A stretch of DNA of 64,000 nucleotides from Candidatus Peregrinibacteria bacterium (GCA_024762935.1 JANTGK010000001.1:6101-70100); one strand, 5' to 3'; counted from the first letter of the stretch, positions 1 through 8,479 are shown. The notes: generated from the letters alone by a model not told the origin. A program made the numbers and translations.

Positions 1-643
1 CGGCAACTGGCATACCTGTTTTTTTGCGTGTCCGGCGTTGCGAGGCTTGTTTTTTTTGAAGGGATTCTAATTTTTTTTCTACACTTTTTATTTGTCGTCT
101 GATATGCCTTTTTTCCTCTTCTATTCCTTTTTCCCCAGCACCTCTTGTCCCGATTCCTGCACCGGCTCGTTCAAAGAGGGTGGTAGAGTCTCGTGCATAT
201 ATTTTCGGAATTTCATGATGAAGTCGTGCCAGTTTGATTTGCATTTTTGCTTCGGGGGCATTTGCATGTCGGTCGAATATATTTAAGATGAGATCTACTC
301 GATCCCAAATCTTTATTCCTTTTGGAAATATTTTTCCGAGGTGCAGATATTGATTTGGCTTTAGGGTTCCACTGATAATAATCAGATCAATATGTTGGTG
401 TTTTGCAAAATCTGATACTTCTTGTATTTTACCGGTTCCGAGAAATGTTTTTGCGGAAGGTCTCTTTCTTTTTTGTATCACTTTTTCTATTACAATTCCG
501 CCCGCAGTTTCTACAAGCGAAAGGAGTTCCTTTATGTTTCGTTCGATACTTTTTCTTTTTGTTCGATGAGGAACAATATCAAGAATAAGTGCTCTTTTTA
601 ATTTTTTAGAATGTAAATGGGTACCCAATGTATTTGATGGCAT
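1..643 (-). CDS. hflX: GTPase HflX, N-terminal part (gene runs off the window start)
   Basis: Absent from the ORF track because it is truncated. My minus-strand translation from ATG 643-641 gives MPSNTLGTHLHSKKLKRALILDIV...HIDLIIISGTLKPNQ...DRVDLILNIFDRHANAPEAKMQIKLARLHHEIP...GAGIGTRGAGEKGIEEEKRHIRRQI, the HflX N-domain pattern. AAGGAG lies 5 nt upstream of the ATG. Confidence 0.8.
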   Translation of the reverse strand, partial: MPSNTLGTHLHSKKLKRALILDIVPHRTKRKSIERNIKELLSLVETAGGIVIEKVIQKRKRPSAKTFLGTGKIQEVSDFAKHQHIDLIIISGTLKPNQYLHLGKIFPKGIKIWDRVDLILNIFDRHANAPEAKMQIKLARLHHEIPKIYARDSTTLFERAGAGIGTRGAGEKGIEEEKRHIRRQIKSVEKKLESLQKKQASQRRTRKKTGMPVA

Positions 644-654
644 ACGTACTCCTT

Positions 655-1521
655 TTATAAATATGGAAGAATACTATCATAATTAAATTCTGCATTATAT
701 ACTTCTAGGATATTTTCTGATGATTCTTTCGTACATCCCCTTGGAAGAAGAAGAAAATCGAGATAATTCAGTCCATGGCGCAATTTTTCTTCTGATTGTT
801 GGCTATTGAGGCTGAATTCAATATTACAAGAATCATGATCAGTGAGATAATTTGCTATAAATATTATTTCCTCTTCTGTTTTCTCCTTCCTGATTTTCGA
901 AAAGAAGTATTTTTTTTCGATTTCAGGAATAATGTAATCCAAAAAATATTTATTTTCTCGAGAAGTTATTTTTAGTTTCTTTTTTTCTATCTCATTTAGC
1001 GGGGAAAGATCTATGATGTTTGGTGGATTCCCTATATCGATACTTGGATATTTCTTGAGTGCTTCCATAAATACGGTGTCAAATTCTAGCTCATCACCAA
1101 ATGGCACAGAGACAATAATCATTTGTCCATTATGTACCCAAAATGGAAAAAATCCTTTCGATGTCACATGCATGAAAATTTCATTCCCTTTGATCATTTT
1201 TGTTTTTACTGAGACGACTGTTTGGAGGACTCTTTTCCACTCGGTTGTCGACCAGTCATTAATATTTTCAATTGTTACTCGAGGATTTTCTTCAACATTA
1301 TTTATCTTTTCTTCTTCCCTCTTTTTTGGTGTGTTATTTCGATTCTGAGATGAAGAATACGTATTTTCTAATTTTGCCATATTTTCGCGTTCCTCTCGTT
1401 GGTTTTTTTGTATGATTTTAGCTCGTGTTTCGTCTACTCCTTTTTGCAGTTTCTCTTGGATGACACAACCTGAAGTTATGAAAAGAGTCGCTATCAAGAG
1501 AAATGCTGGAACAGTTTTCAT
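655..1521 (-). CDS. hypothetical lipoprotein
   Basis: 288-aa ORF. The N-terminus MKTVPAFLLIATLFITSGC looks like a signal peptide with a lipobox Cys. No recognisable catalytic motif. Confidence 0.6.
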   Translation of the reverse strand: MKTVPAFLLIATLFITSGCVIQEKLQKGVDETRAKIIQKNQREERENMAKLENTYSSSQNRNNTPKKREEEKINNVEENPRVTIENINDWSTTEWKRVLQTVVSVKTKMIKGNEIFMHVTSKGFFPFWVHNGQMIIVSVPFGDELEFDTVFMEALKKYPSIDIGNPPNIIDLSPLNEIEKKKLKITSRENKYFLDYIIPEIEKKYFFSKIRKEKTEEEIIFIANYLTDHDSCNIEFSLNSQQSEEKLRHGLNYLDFLLLPRGCTKESSENILEVYNAEFNYDSILPYL

Positions 1522-1552
1522 ATCATCTGTTGTCTAAAAAATATGACTCTCA

Positions 1553-1583
1553 TAAAAAAATGCCTGATGTATCAGGCATTTTC
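1553..1583 (-). terminator. rho-independent terminator downstream of the 1594-2253 gene
   Basis: Perfect inverted repeat AATGCCTGA/TCAGGCATT (1560-1580) with an A-run on the + strand. On the minus strand this reads as hairpin plus TTTTTTT. Confidence 0.7.
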
Positions 1584-1593
1584 TCTTGAGAAA

Positions 1594-2253
1594 TTATAAG
1601 CCTTTAAAAGGATTAGAATCATCTTTTGCTACGGGAATTTTTTTCCTCTTTCGACTCAAGAAGTATGCTCCAGAAGTAACAAGGACGAAGAAAAGAGCAA
1701 GTAAACCCCATATTGCTGGTCCGGTAGCAATATTTTTTAGTGATTTATCTTTATTAATTTTTTCTTCAAGTGTTGTTTTTTCTGCAGATTTTTCTGCTGC
1801 TTCACTAGAGAGTGTGATACTTTTAATGGATAAGGTGTCACCATTTCTGTGAATATAGACCGTTACCTCTTGATTAATGAGGTCATCGAGATTCTTTTTT
1901 GTATTCATTGGGATTTGTGTTGCCCCTGTATCGAGCAGGTAGTGATTCAGATTATCATCTGTATCTGACTGAGCATGAAGGAGGGTTCCGATATACGATT
2001 CTTCTGCTTGTGTATTTTTAAAATCTACTTGAGGAAAATCTTCAAGAGGACTTTCTTCTTGAGCGGACTCATGTGCTGATCCGAGTGGAGGTGGTGGTGG
2101 AGGGGGAATAGCAATTCCTCCTGTATAACTCTGTGCTTCTACTGTTCCTGCAGCTTGCATATTCTTTGGTGGAGTGGCAAATGGGTCAAAAGCCATTGCT
2201 GTATTTCCTGCAAAAAGAAGAAGTGTCATTGCAGATAAAATCATTTTTTTCAT
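1594..2253 (-). CDS. secreted proline-rich protein with C-terminal membrane anchor or sorting-signal-like tail
   Basis: 219 aa. Signal peptide MKKMILSAMTLLLFAGNTAMA, a PPPPPPP tract, and the C-terminus NIATGPAIWGLLALFFVLVTSGAYFLSRKRKK (motif, hydrophobic span, basic tail). Confidence 0.6.
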   Translation of the reverse strand: MKKMILSAMTLLLFAGNTAMAFDPFATPPKNMQAAGTVEAQSYTGGIAIPPPPPPPLGSAHESAQEESPLEDFPQVDFKNTQAEESYIGTLLHAQSDTDDNLNHYLLDTGATQIPMNTKKNLDDLINQEVTVYIHRNGDTLSIKSITLSSEAAEKSAEKTTLEEKINKDKSLKNIATGPAIWGLLALFFVLVTSGAYFLSRKRKKIPVAKDDSNPFKGL

Positions 2254-2315
2254 ATCTTAAAAAATATCATAACATAATATCACATTTTCTTATGAAATAC
2301 AAGAGAGATGGGGAG

Positions 2316-2423
2316 AATTACGAATCAATCAATTACGAATCGGTAAATTACGAATTACGAATGAAGAATGGAGAATGGAGAGAAGAGCTTCTAGCTATTA
2401 GCTACGAGCTTTTAGCCAATTAA
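2316..2423 (+). repeat. phased heptamer array (AATTACG/AATGAAG/AATGGAG then CTNNNAG words)
   Basis: Read in one 7-nt register: aattacg aattacg aatgaag aatggag aatggag agaagag cttctag ctattag ctacgag cttttag ccaatta. Confidence 0.8.
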
Positions 2424-2718
2424 TAAGACACCGTAGGTATTCGTGCCCTTTTGTTTCTTTCATGAGAATGAATCTCGCATTTGTCCCAGAACAAAATTCT
2501 CGCATTTATGACATGGAGTTGCGAAATAAAAAACACTTAGAGTAACTTGCAAAGCTGCTCCTAAAGTAGCATAGAGAGAATGCTGAAGAATATATGTGGA
2601 ACAGCTAAAGATGTGTTTCAGGGTCAAACCCTGAAGCATCGGAGGGAAAGCTGTCAATTGTAAGTTCAGAAGAATGAAGAAAAGCCAATAGCTCATGGTT
2701 TTCTGCTTATGTCTCGTC

Positions 2719-2771
2719 ACTCTTCATACACTCTCTTCTCTCTTCTCTATTCTCCATTAATATTCTCTCTC
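2719..2771 (-). repeat. phased heptamer array in inverted orientation (reverse complement of GAGAAGA/GAGAATA words)
   Basis: + strand reads ctcttca tacactc tcttctc tcttctc tattctc cattaat attctct. It is pyrimidine-rich, the opposite polarity to the array at 2316-2423, and it abuts the glyQS stop codon. Confidence 0.7.
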
Positions 2772-4145
2772 CTAACTGTTGAGTTGTTTTTGAAGATACT
2801 GACCTACGGCACTAATGGCGATTCGTTCTTGCTCCATGGTGTCTCGATTACGAATGGTGACGGTATCATCTTTGAGACTCTCGTGGTCGACGGTGATACA
2901 AAAAGGGGTTCCAATTTCATCTTGTCGACGATATCGTTTGCCTATTGATCCACTTTCGTCATAATCAACAGTCCATATATCTGAAAGGCTCGAGAAGATT
3001 TCTTTTGCTTTTTCTGGCATCCCTTCTTTTTTCATGAGCGGAAAAATGGCCACTTTCACGGGGGCTATTTGTGGTTTAAATTTCATGACAATACGGCTGC
3101 TACCATCTTCGAGTTTTTCTTCGGTGTAGGCTTCACAGAGTATTGCGAGAATGCTTCTATCAAGTCCAAAGGTGGGCTCAAGAACATGGGGAATGAACTT
3201 TTCATTTGTTTGGGGATCACGATATCCAAGATCTTTTCCAGAGAACTGCTGATGCTGACTCAAATCAAAATTTGTTCTGTAGGCGAGACCATAGAGTTCC
3301 TTCCGTCCAAATGGAAAATCGTATTCGATATCAACGGTTCTCTTTGAATAGTGTGAGAGTTTTTCTTTCTCGTGTTCGAGATGGTGACATTTTTCTGGAT
3401 TGAGTCCAATACTGGTGCACCATACATCCATCTCTGTCATCCATGTATCAAAGAGTTCCTCCCACATTTCTTCTCTAATAAAGTATTCGATTTCCATTTG
3501 TTCAAACTCAAGTCGACGAAAGATAAAATTTCCTGGAGTAATTTCGTTTCGAAAAGCTTTCCCGATTTGTGCAACACCAAAGGGGATTTTAACCCGACAT
3601 GTATCAATGATATTTTTAAATTCTAAGAATATTGCTTGTGCTGTCTCTGGTCGGAGATAGGCAATAGAATCCTCTCCTGTTTTTGCCATTTGTGTTTGAA
3701 ACATAAGGTTAAATTTTCGTACTTCGGTTAAATCTTTGTTTCCACATTTTGGACATTTAATCTGGTTGTCTTGAATTAATTTTGTCACCTCGGCATCAGG
3801 GAGTCCTTCACAGTCGATTTTGAGGGCATCTTCTACGAGATGGTCTGCACGAAGGCGTGCTCTGCACGTTTTACAATCAACCATTTGATCATTAAAACCA
3901 CCAATGTGTCCACTGGCCTCCCATGTTTTTGGATGGAGAATAATATCACCATCGATTCCGACAATATCTGGTCGTTTTTGTACAAAAGTTTTCCACCAGA
4001 GGTCTTTTACATTTTTTTTCAATTCAGACCCATATGGACCATACGTATAGGAATTTGCGAATCCATTGTAGATTTCAGATCCTGGAAATAAAAATCCACG
4101 TCTTTTTGAGAGAGAAACGATTTGATCGAGTGTTTCGGCGGACAT
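2772..4145 (-). CDS. glyQS: glycine--tRNA ligase (homodimeric class II type)
   Basis: 457 aa. N-terminus LSKRRGFLFPGSEIYNGFANSYTYGPYGSELKKNV and the overall length are typical of GlyQS-type GlyRS. Confidence 0.95.
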   Translation of the reverse strand: MSAETLDQIVSLSKRRGFLFPGSEIYNGFANSYTYGPYGSELKKNVKDLWWKTFVQKRPDIVGIDGDIILHPKTWEASGHIGGFNDQMVDCKTCRARLRADHLVEDALKIDCEGLPDAEVTKLIQDNQIKCPKCGNKDLTEVRKFNLMFQTQMAKTGEDSIAYLRPETAQAIFLEFKNIIDTCRVKIPFGVAQIGKAFRNEITPGNFIFRRLEFEQMEIEYFIREEMWEELFDTWMTEMDVWCTSIGLNPEKCHHLEHEKEKLSHYSKRTVDIEYDFPFGRKELYGLAYRTNFDLSQHQQFSGKDLGYRDPQTNEKFIPHVLEPTFGLDRSILAILCEAYTEEKLEDGSSRIVMKFKPQIAPVKVAIFPLMKKEGMPEKAKEIFSSLSDIWTVDYDESGSIGKRYRRQDEIGTPFCITVDHESLKDDTVTIRNRDTMEQERIAISAVGQYLQKQLNS

Positions 4146-4289
4146 AATCTTTTGAAAAAAGTATTTTCTTATGGAAAGTATAACAAATGTTGATGAAGAA
4201 GAAAGAAAGATTTCGCTGCGTAATCAATGCATTCAAAAAAATGAATCCATAAAAGAAGAGGAACAATACGTCCAAAAATACTCTTTCTC

Positions 4290-5195
4290 TCACCACAGAT
4301 TTTTTCGTTTTACATACCAATTGGCTAAAAAGATGCTGAGAACAAAAAATATAAAAATTCCAACACTTATAAGGAGAAATGCATATTTATTCTTTTCGAG
4401 ATGATTCGCGAGATTCATGCCAAAGGCACCTACAATGACTGCAAGACCACTCAATACCGCAGTAATAAGTGTTGCGTAGAGATCAAATCGAATAATCATG
4501 TTCCGTCGATTTGCCATCTTTAACGTGATGACTTCTTGGGTGTCATCAATATTTTCACTAAGCTCATGAATACGATGGGAGAGGTCTTCAAACTGTTCCC
4601 AAGAATGCTCAAGAATTGATTCAACTTCTTCAACTTCGTCTTTCTTTTTGCTCAAGCAGAGTTCATAGATATCTTCTTCATCTTTTAATATTTCTTCAAG
4701 GGTTTCTTCCATTTCTTTGATGCTGATTTGAATTTTATTGAGGTGTTTTTTGTGGTTGAGAAGCATTTCAAAGTGTTCATCAGAAACAGTTGATTTTAAT
4801 TTATAGAGAATTTTCTGAATCCCGGATTCAATTTTCTGGAATTCGGTATTGAGTTTATCAAAGGCATATGTCAGAGCTGATTCAAGAGTGCGAAGTTCAA
4901 AAGGAGCTCGTGTTTCTTTTCGTTGTATTTTTGCAATAAGAATGGGAATGAATTCTTCTTGAATGATTTTTGATTCTGATTGAAAGAGGAATACTTGGTC
5001 TTTTCCGATAACCATTTTAATGTTCCAGAAGTTGACAATGATTCCTGCTCCACGAGGAGAAATTGTTGAGAGTTGTTTTACAGAAAATACAGGACGAAGG
5101 TCACGAACATACATGTCAAACTTTTGTGCAATATCCTTCCGTTGAAATTGTTTTTCTGAAATATCGCCATTGCTGTTTATCTGAAAGGCAAGCAT
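4290..5195 (-). CDS. corA: CorA-family magnesium/cobalt transporter
   Basis: 301 aa. Two C-terminal TM helices with a GMN motif (GAFGMNLANH) between them. Confidence 0.85.
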   Translation of the reverse strand: MLAFQINSNGDISEKQFQRKDIAQKFDMYVRDLRPVFSVKQLSTISPRGAGIIVNFWNIKMVIGKDQVFLFQSESKIIQEEFIPILIAKIQRKETRAPFELRTLESALTYAFDKLNTEFQKIESGIQKILYKLKSTVSDEHFEMLLNHKKHLNKIQISIKEMEETLEEILKDEEDIYELCLSKKKDEVEEVESILEHSWEQFEDLSHRIHELSENIDDTQEVITLKMANRRNMIIRFDLYATLITAVLSGLAVIVGAFGMNLANHLEKNKYAFLLISVGIFIFFVLSIFLANWYVKRKNLW

Positions 5196-5301
5196 GTAGG
5201 TATTATATCGAAAGAGTGTATGTATTTAAAGTCTTAAGTGATGCAGCCTGAAGAGAATATAAAATCTGGGTGATTTCTTATGTACTCGCTTGTAGATGAT
5301 T

Positions 5302-5351
5302 GTATGCGTGAAAGTGTGGGAGGACTTTCTGTGCGCATACTTTTAGATTTT
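5302..5351 (+). promoter_or_regulatory. terminator-like hairpin in the leuC 5' leader (candidate attenuator)
   Basis: GTATGCGT (5302-5309) pairs with GCGCATAC (5333-5340). An inner stem GAAAGT/ACTTTC has an 8-nt loop, followed by TTTTAGATTTT. It lies 40 nt upstream of the leuC ATG, with no + strand gene upstream. Confidence 0.45.
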
Positions 5352-5390
5352 CATAAAATATGACACAATGTGTAGGTGTTTTTTGAATAA

Positions 5391-6812
5391 ATGCCACGGA
5401 ATATTATTGAGAAAATTTGGGATCAACATATCGTCTCTTCTCAAGAGGGGGCTCCTGATATTATTTTTATTGATTTTCAACTTCTTCATGAAGTGACGAG
5501 TCCACAAGCATTTGAAACTCTTCGAAAGAGGGGGAAATCTGTTTTTTCTCCTCATCGAAATATGGCGACTGTTGATCATTCTCTTCCAACAGATCAAGAT
5601 CGAAAGAATTTTGCAGATGCATTGAATCAAAAACAAATCGATACTCTTCGTAAAAATTGTAAAGAATTTGGTATCCGTCTCTATGATGTCGATTCGGGGC
5701 ATCAAGGTATTGTACACGTCACTGGTCCAGAGTTAGGGCTGACACAACCAGGAATGACTATTGTTTGTGGTGACTCACATACTTCAACACATGGTGCCTT
5801 TGGGGCGCTTGCTTTTGGTGTGGGGACAACACAAATCTCTCATGTGTTAGAAACAAGTTGTATACTGCTTAATCGTCCAAAGACGATGCGTGTGCATTTT
5901 GTTGGAAAACCATCACAATATTTTAGAGCAAAAGATGCTATTCTTGCCCTTATACAGAAAATTGGCGTGCAGGGCGGTACTGGTTATGTCCTTGAGTATA
6001 CGGGTGAATTTATTCGGAATTGCTGCATGGAAGAGCGTATGACCATCTGTAATATGAGTATTGAGTGTGGCGCTCGAGCGGGACTGATTGCACCAGATGA
6101 AACAACATTCGCATTTTTACAAGAGACTCCTTTTGGAAAAGAAAGTCTTGAGGAGAAAAAAGTATTTTGGCAATCACTTCTTACGGAAAAAGGTGCTGTC
6201 TATGATGCAGATGTAACGCTTGATATTGATGGGATGAATCCATTTGTTACTTGGGGTACTACTCCTGCCCAATCTGTTCAAATTCATGAAAATATTCCAG
6301 AAAAAGAAGAACTTCCTGAGTCTCAACAGTCTCTCGCAGAGAAAAGTTTACAATATACGAGACTCAGTTTTGGGCAAAAAATTTCGGGTCTCCCCATAGA
6401 AAATATCTTTGTTGGAAGCTGTACGAATGCTCGTATAGGCGATCTCCGTGAAGTTGCAGCTGTTTTGAAAGGGAAAAAGGTTGCACCTGGAGTTCGAATG
6501 TTTATCGTTCCGGGAAGTGAACAAGTGGAGAAACAAGCGATTGCAGAAGGTTTGAATAAAATATTTATTCAATCAGGAGCAGAATTTCGAAGGCCAGGAT
6601 GTAGTGCTTGTCTTGCTATGAATGGAGATACTATTGCTTCTGGTGAGAGATGTGCGAGTACCTCAAATAGAAATTTTGTCGGTCGTCAAGGTCCTGGGGC
6701 TATTACTCATTTAATGAGTCCTTTTATGGCTGCAATTGCGGCTATAGAGGGAAAAATTATGAATCCAGAAGAAATTGAGGAGGAAATAAGCTCTTCTTCA
6801 CCAAGGCTCTGA
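5391..6812 (+). CDS. leuC: 3-isopropylmalate dehydratase large subunit
   Basis: 473 aa. Aconitase-family LeuC pattern (MPRNIIEKIWDQHIV, GDSHTSTHGAFGALAFGVG, GSCTNARIGDL, CSACLAMN). The stop codon lies inside a repeat module. Confidence 0.95.
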   Translation: MPRNIIEKIWDQHIVSSQEGAPDIIFIDFQLLHEVTSPQAFETLRKRGKSVFSPHRNMATVDHSLPTDQDRKNFADALNQKQIDTLRKNCKEFGIRLYDVDSGHQGIVHVTGPELGLTQPGMTIVCGDSHTSTHGAFGALAFGVGTTQISHVLETSCILLNRPKTMRVHFVGKPSQYFRAKDAILALIQKIGVQGGTGYVLEYTGEFIRNCCMEERMTICNMSIECGARAGLIAPDETTFAFLQETPFGKESLEEKKVFWQSLLTEKGAVYDADVTLDIDGMNPFVTWGTTPAQSVQIHENIPEKEELPESQQSLAEKSLQYTRLSFGQKISGLPIENIFVGSCTNARIGDLREVAAVLKGKKVAPGVRMFIVPGSEQVEKQAIAEGLNKIFIQSGAEFRRPGCSACLAMNGDTIASGERCASTSNRNFVGRQGPGAITHLMSPFMAAIAAIEGKIMNPEEIEEEISSSSPRL

Positions 6813-7081
6813 AGGGCAGGCAGGGAACATAGAACAGGGAACACGGAGCAAGGAGCAGGGAATAAGGAACACGGAGCAAGGAGCAGGGAATAAGGAACAC
6901 GGAACAGGGGTAGGAGAGAGGTAAGAGAAGTGAATAGAGAATGTTGAATATAGAATATAGAAGGAGGGAATTTTTAATTTTTAATGTTAAATTTTTAAAT
7001 AAGTCTCAATTTTTAATATTATAAAGGAGGAAAGCTGTAAGGTGACAAAGTGACAAAGCTGCAGAGGTGCAAAGTGAAGAG
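6791..7081 (+). repeat. mosaic short-tandem-repeat spacer: 37-nt module, 12 GGARCAN heptamers, further phased heptamers, then GTNRCARA octamers
   Basis: 6824-6907 reads ggaacat agaacag ggaacac ggagcaa ggagcag ggaataa ggaacac ggagcaa ggagcag ggaataa ggaacac ggaacag. There is an exact 28-nt tandem duplication (6838-6865 = 6866-6893). The same 7-nt register continues to about 6998. Octamers gctgtaag gtgacaaa gtgacaaa gctgcaga ggtgcaaa gtgaagag occupy 7034-7081. Confidence 0.85.
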
Positions 7082-7179
7082 GAAATATCGAATGTGAAAA
7101 AGAGAATAGGGAACCAAAAACTTCTTTTTATTGCGAAAATCGAGTCAATCGTTACTCTTGCAATAGGTTTTGTTTTTTT

Positions 7180-8250
7180 ATGAAAAAATATTTTCTCTTT
7201 CTTTTTGCTCTCATTATGGTTACTGGTGGATGTCGTTTTTCTGCAGGGCCATCGAATCCCGATATACAGTCAGAACTTTCTCAAGAGCAGAAGGAAAAAC
7301 TTGAAACAGCATATTTTTCTGGTGGATGTTTTTGGTGTAGTGAATCTGATTTTGAGAAACACTCTGGAATTTTTGAAGTCATTTCTGGATACATTGGGGA
7401 AACAGAAAAAAATGTTACATATGAAAGAGTATCTGCTGGCAAGACAAAACTGAAGGAAGGGGTAAAAGTATTATATAATCCTGAGGAAATCACATATGAT
7501 GATCTGTTAGAAATATTCTGGAAGCATATTGACCCTACTGATAATGGAGGTCAGTTTGCAGATCGTGGACTGCAGTATAGAACTGCTATTTTTTATCAAA
7601 CTCAGGAGCAAAAAAATCGTGCAGAGCAATCGAGAAAAATTCTTGAGGAGTCTGAAAAATTCGATGAACCAATTGCGACAAGTATTCTTCCATTTTCCAC
7701 TTTTTATCCAGCGGAAAACTATCATCAAGATTATTACAAAAAGAATCCACAAGAGTATGAGAGGTATAGAGAGGGGTCTGGTCGTAATGAATTTATTCAA
7801 AATTCTTGGAAAACAGATCCTTTTCAGTCCAGCAGTGATCTCCGAAAACGTTTGACACCGCTTCAATACCAGGTCACACAAAAAAATGCTACAGAGCAGC
7901 CTTTTCAAAATGAATATTGGGATAATACGAGGGAAGGAATTTATGTAGATATTGTCTCGGGAGAACCCCTTTTTAGTTCAAAGGACAAATTTAAATCTGG
8001 TACCGGATGGCCGAGCTTTACAAAACCGATTGATACAAAGTCTGTCACTCAGGTGCAGGATAAGAATTTAGGGATGACTCGGACAGAAGTTCGAAGTGTG
8101 AATGGAGACTCACATCTCGGACACATATTTTCTGATGGGCCGGAACCAACAGGGCAACGTTACTGTATTAATTCAGCTTCCTTACGATTTATTCCTGTTT
8201 CTCAGATGGAGACAGAAGGGTATGGAGAGTTTCTTCCTTTGTTTGAATAG
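7180..8250 (+). CDS. msrAB: fused peptide-methionine sulfoxide reductase MsrA-MsrB, exported lipoprotein form
   Basis: 356 aa. Signal/lipobox [18 protein letters not shown], MsrA active site GGCFWC, and MsrB C-terminal motif [11 protein letters not shown]. Confidence 0.95.
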   Translation: MKKYFLFLFALIMVTGGCRFSAGPSNPDIQSELSQEQKEKLETAYFSGGCFWCSESDFEKHSGIFEVISGYIGETEKNVTYERVSAGKTKLKEGVKVLYNPEEITYDDLLEIFWKHIDPTDNGGQFADRGLQYRTAIFYQTQEQKNRAEQSRKILEESEKFDEPIATSILPFSTFYPAENYHQDYYKKNPQEYERYREGSGRNEFIQNSWKTDPFQSSSDLRKRLTPLQYQVTQKNATEQPFQNEYWDNTREGIYVDIVSGEPLFSSKDKFKSGTGWPSFTKPIDTKSVTQVQDKNLGMTRTEVRSVNGDSHLGHIFSDGPEPTGQRYCINSASLRFIPVSQMETEGYGEFLPLFE

Positions 8251-8254
8251 AATT

Positions 8255-8479
8255 ATTGCAAAGATACAGAGTTACAAGGAACAGGGAACATGGAACAGGG
8301 AACAAGGATTGTGGAACCCTTCTTTGCCAAGGTTCCGAAGGGCAGGGCGGGAACAATAAACAATATCCAATTACGAATTCGTCAATTACGAATTACGAAT
8401 GAAGCAGGTTGCAAAGTGATAAAGTGACGAAGTAACAAAGTTACAGAATGACAAAGTTGTAGGGGTACCAGGTGAGAGA
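8255..8479 (+). repeat. mosaic short-tandem-repeat spacer (octamers, GAACAGG heptamers, 37-nt module, AATTACG heptamers, nine GTNRCARA octamers)
   Basis: 8279-8404 reads in one 7-nt register (gaacagg gaacatg gaacagg gaacaag ... aattacg aattacg aatgaag). 8408-8479 reads gttgcaaa gtgataaa gtgacgaa gtaacaaa gttacaga atgacaaa gttgtagg ggtaccag gtgagaga. Confidence 0.85.

Noticed and set aside
2640-2665. GGAGGGAAAGCTGTC resembling the RNase P RNA CR-I motif (GAGGAAAGUCC)
   Set aside because: The match is imperfect and the surrounding 290 bp is too short and lacks the other conserved RNase P regions. The same word recurs at 7026-7040 as part of the repeat family.
2460-2720. 86-aa minus-strand ORF in the large gap between the 1594-2253 gene and glyQS
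   Set aside because: It starts inside the heptamer array and runs through repeat-derived sequence. It has no SD, no recognisable motif and an odd composition, so it is more likely a chance ORF in repeat DNA.
5196-5390. T-box riboswitch or Leu-rich leader peptide upstream of leuC
   Set aside because: The leader is too short for stem I plus an antiterminator, and there is no UGGNACCGCG-type T-box sequence. The only small ORFs (MQPEENIKSG; MYSLVDDCMRESVGGLSVRILLDFHKI) lack consecutive Leu codons.
6824-7081. Repeat arrays as CRISPR loci
   Set aside because: The units are 7-8 nt, directly abutting and degenerate. There are no 25-40 nt repeats, no unique spacers and no cas genes in the window.
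7180-8250. msrAB as a bona fide mobile element
   Set aside because: There is no transposase, integrase or terminal inverted repeats. Only the direct 37-nt modules and repeat spacers flank it, so it is reported as a possible insertion or recombination event rather than a mobile element.
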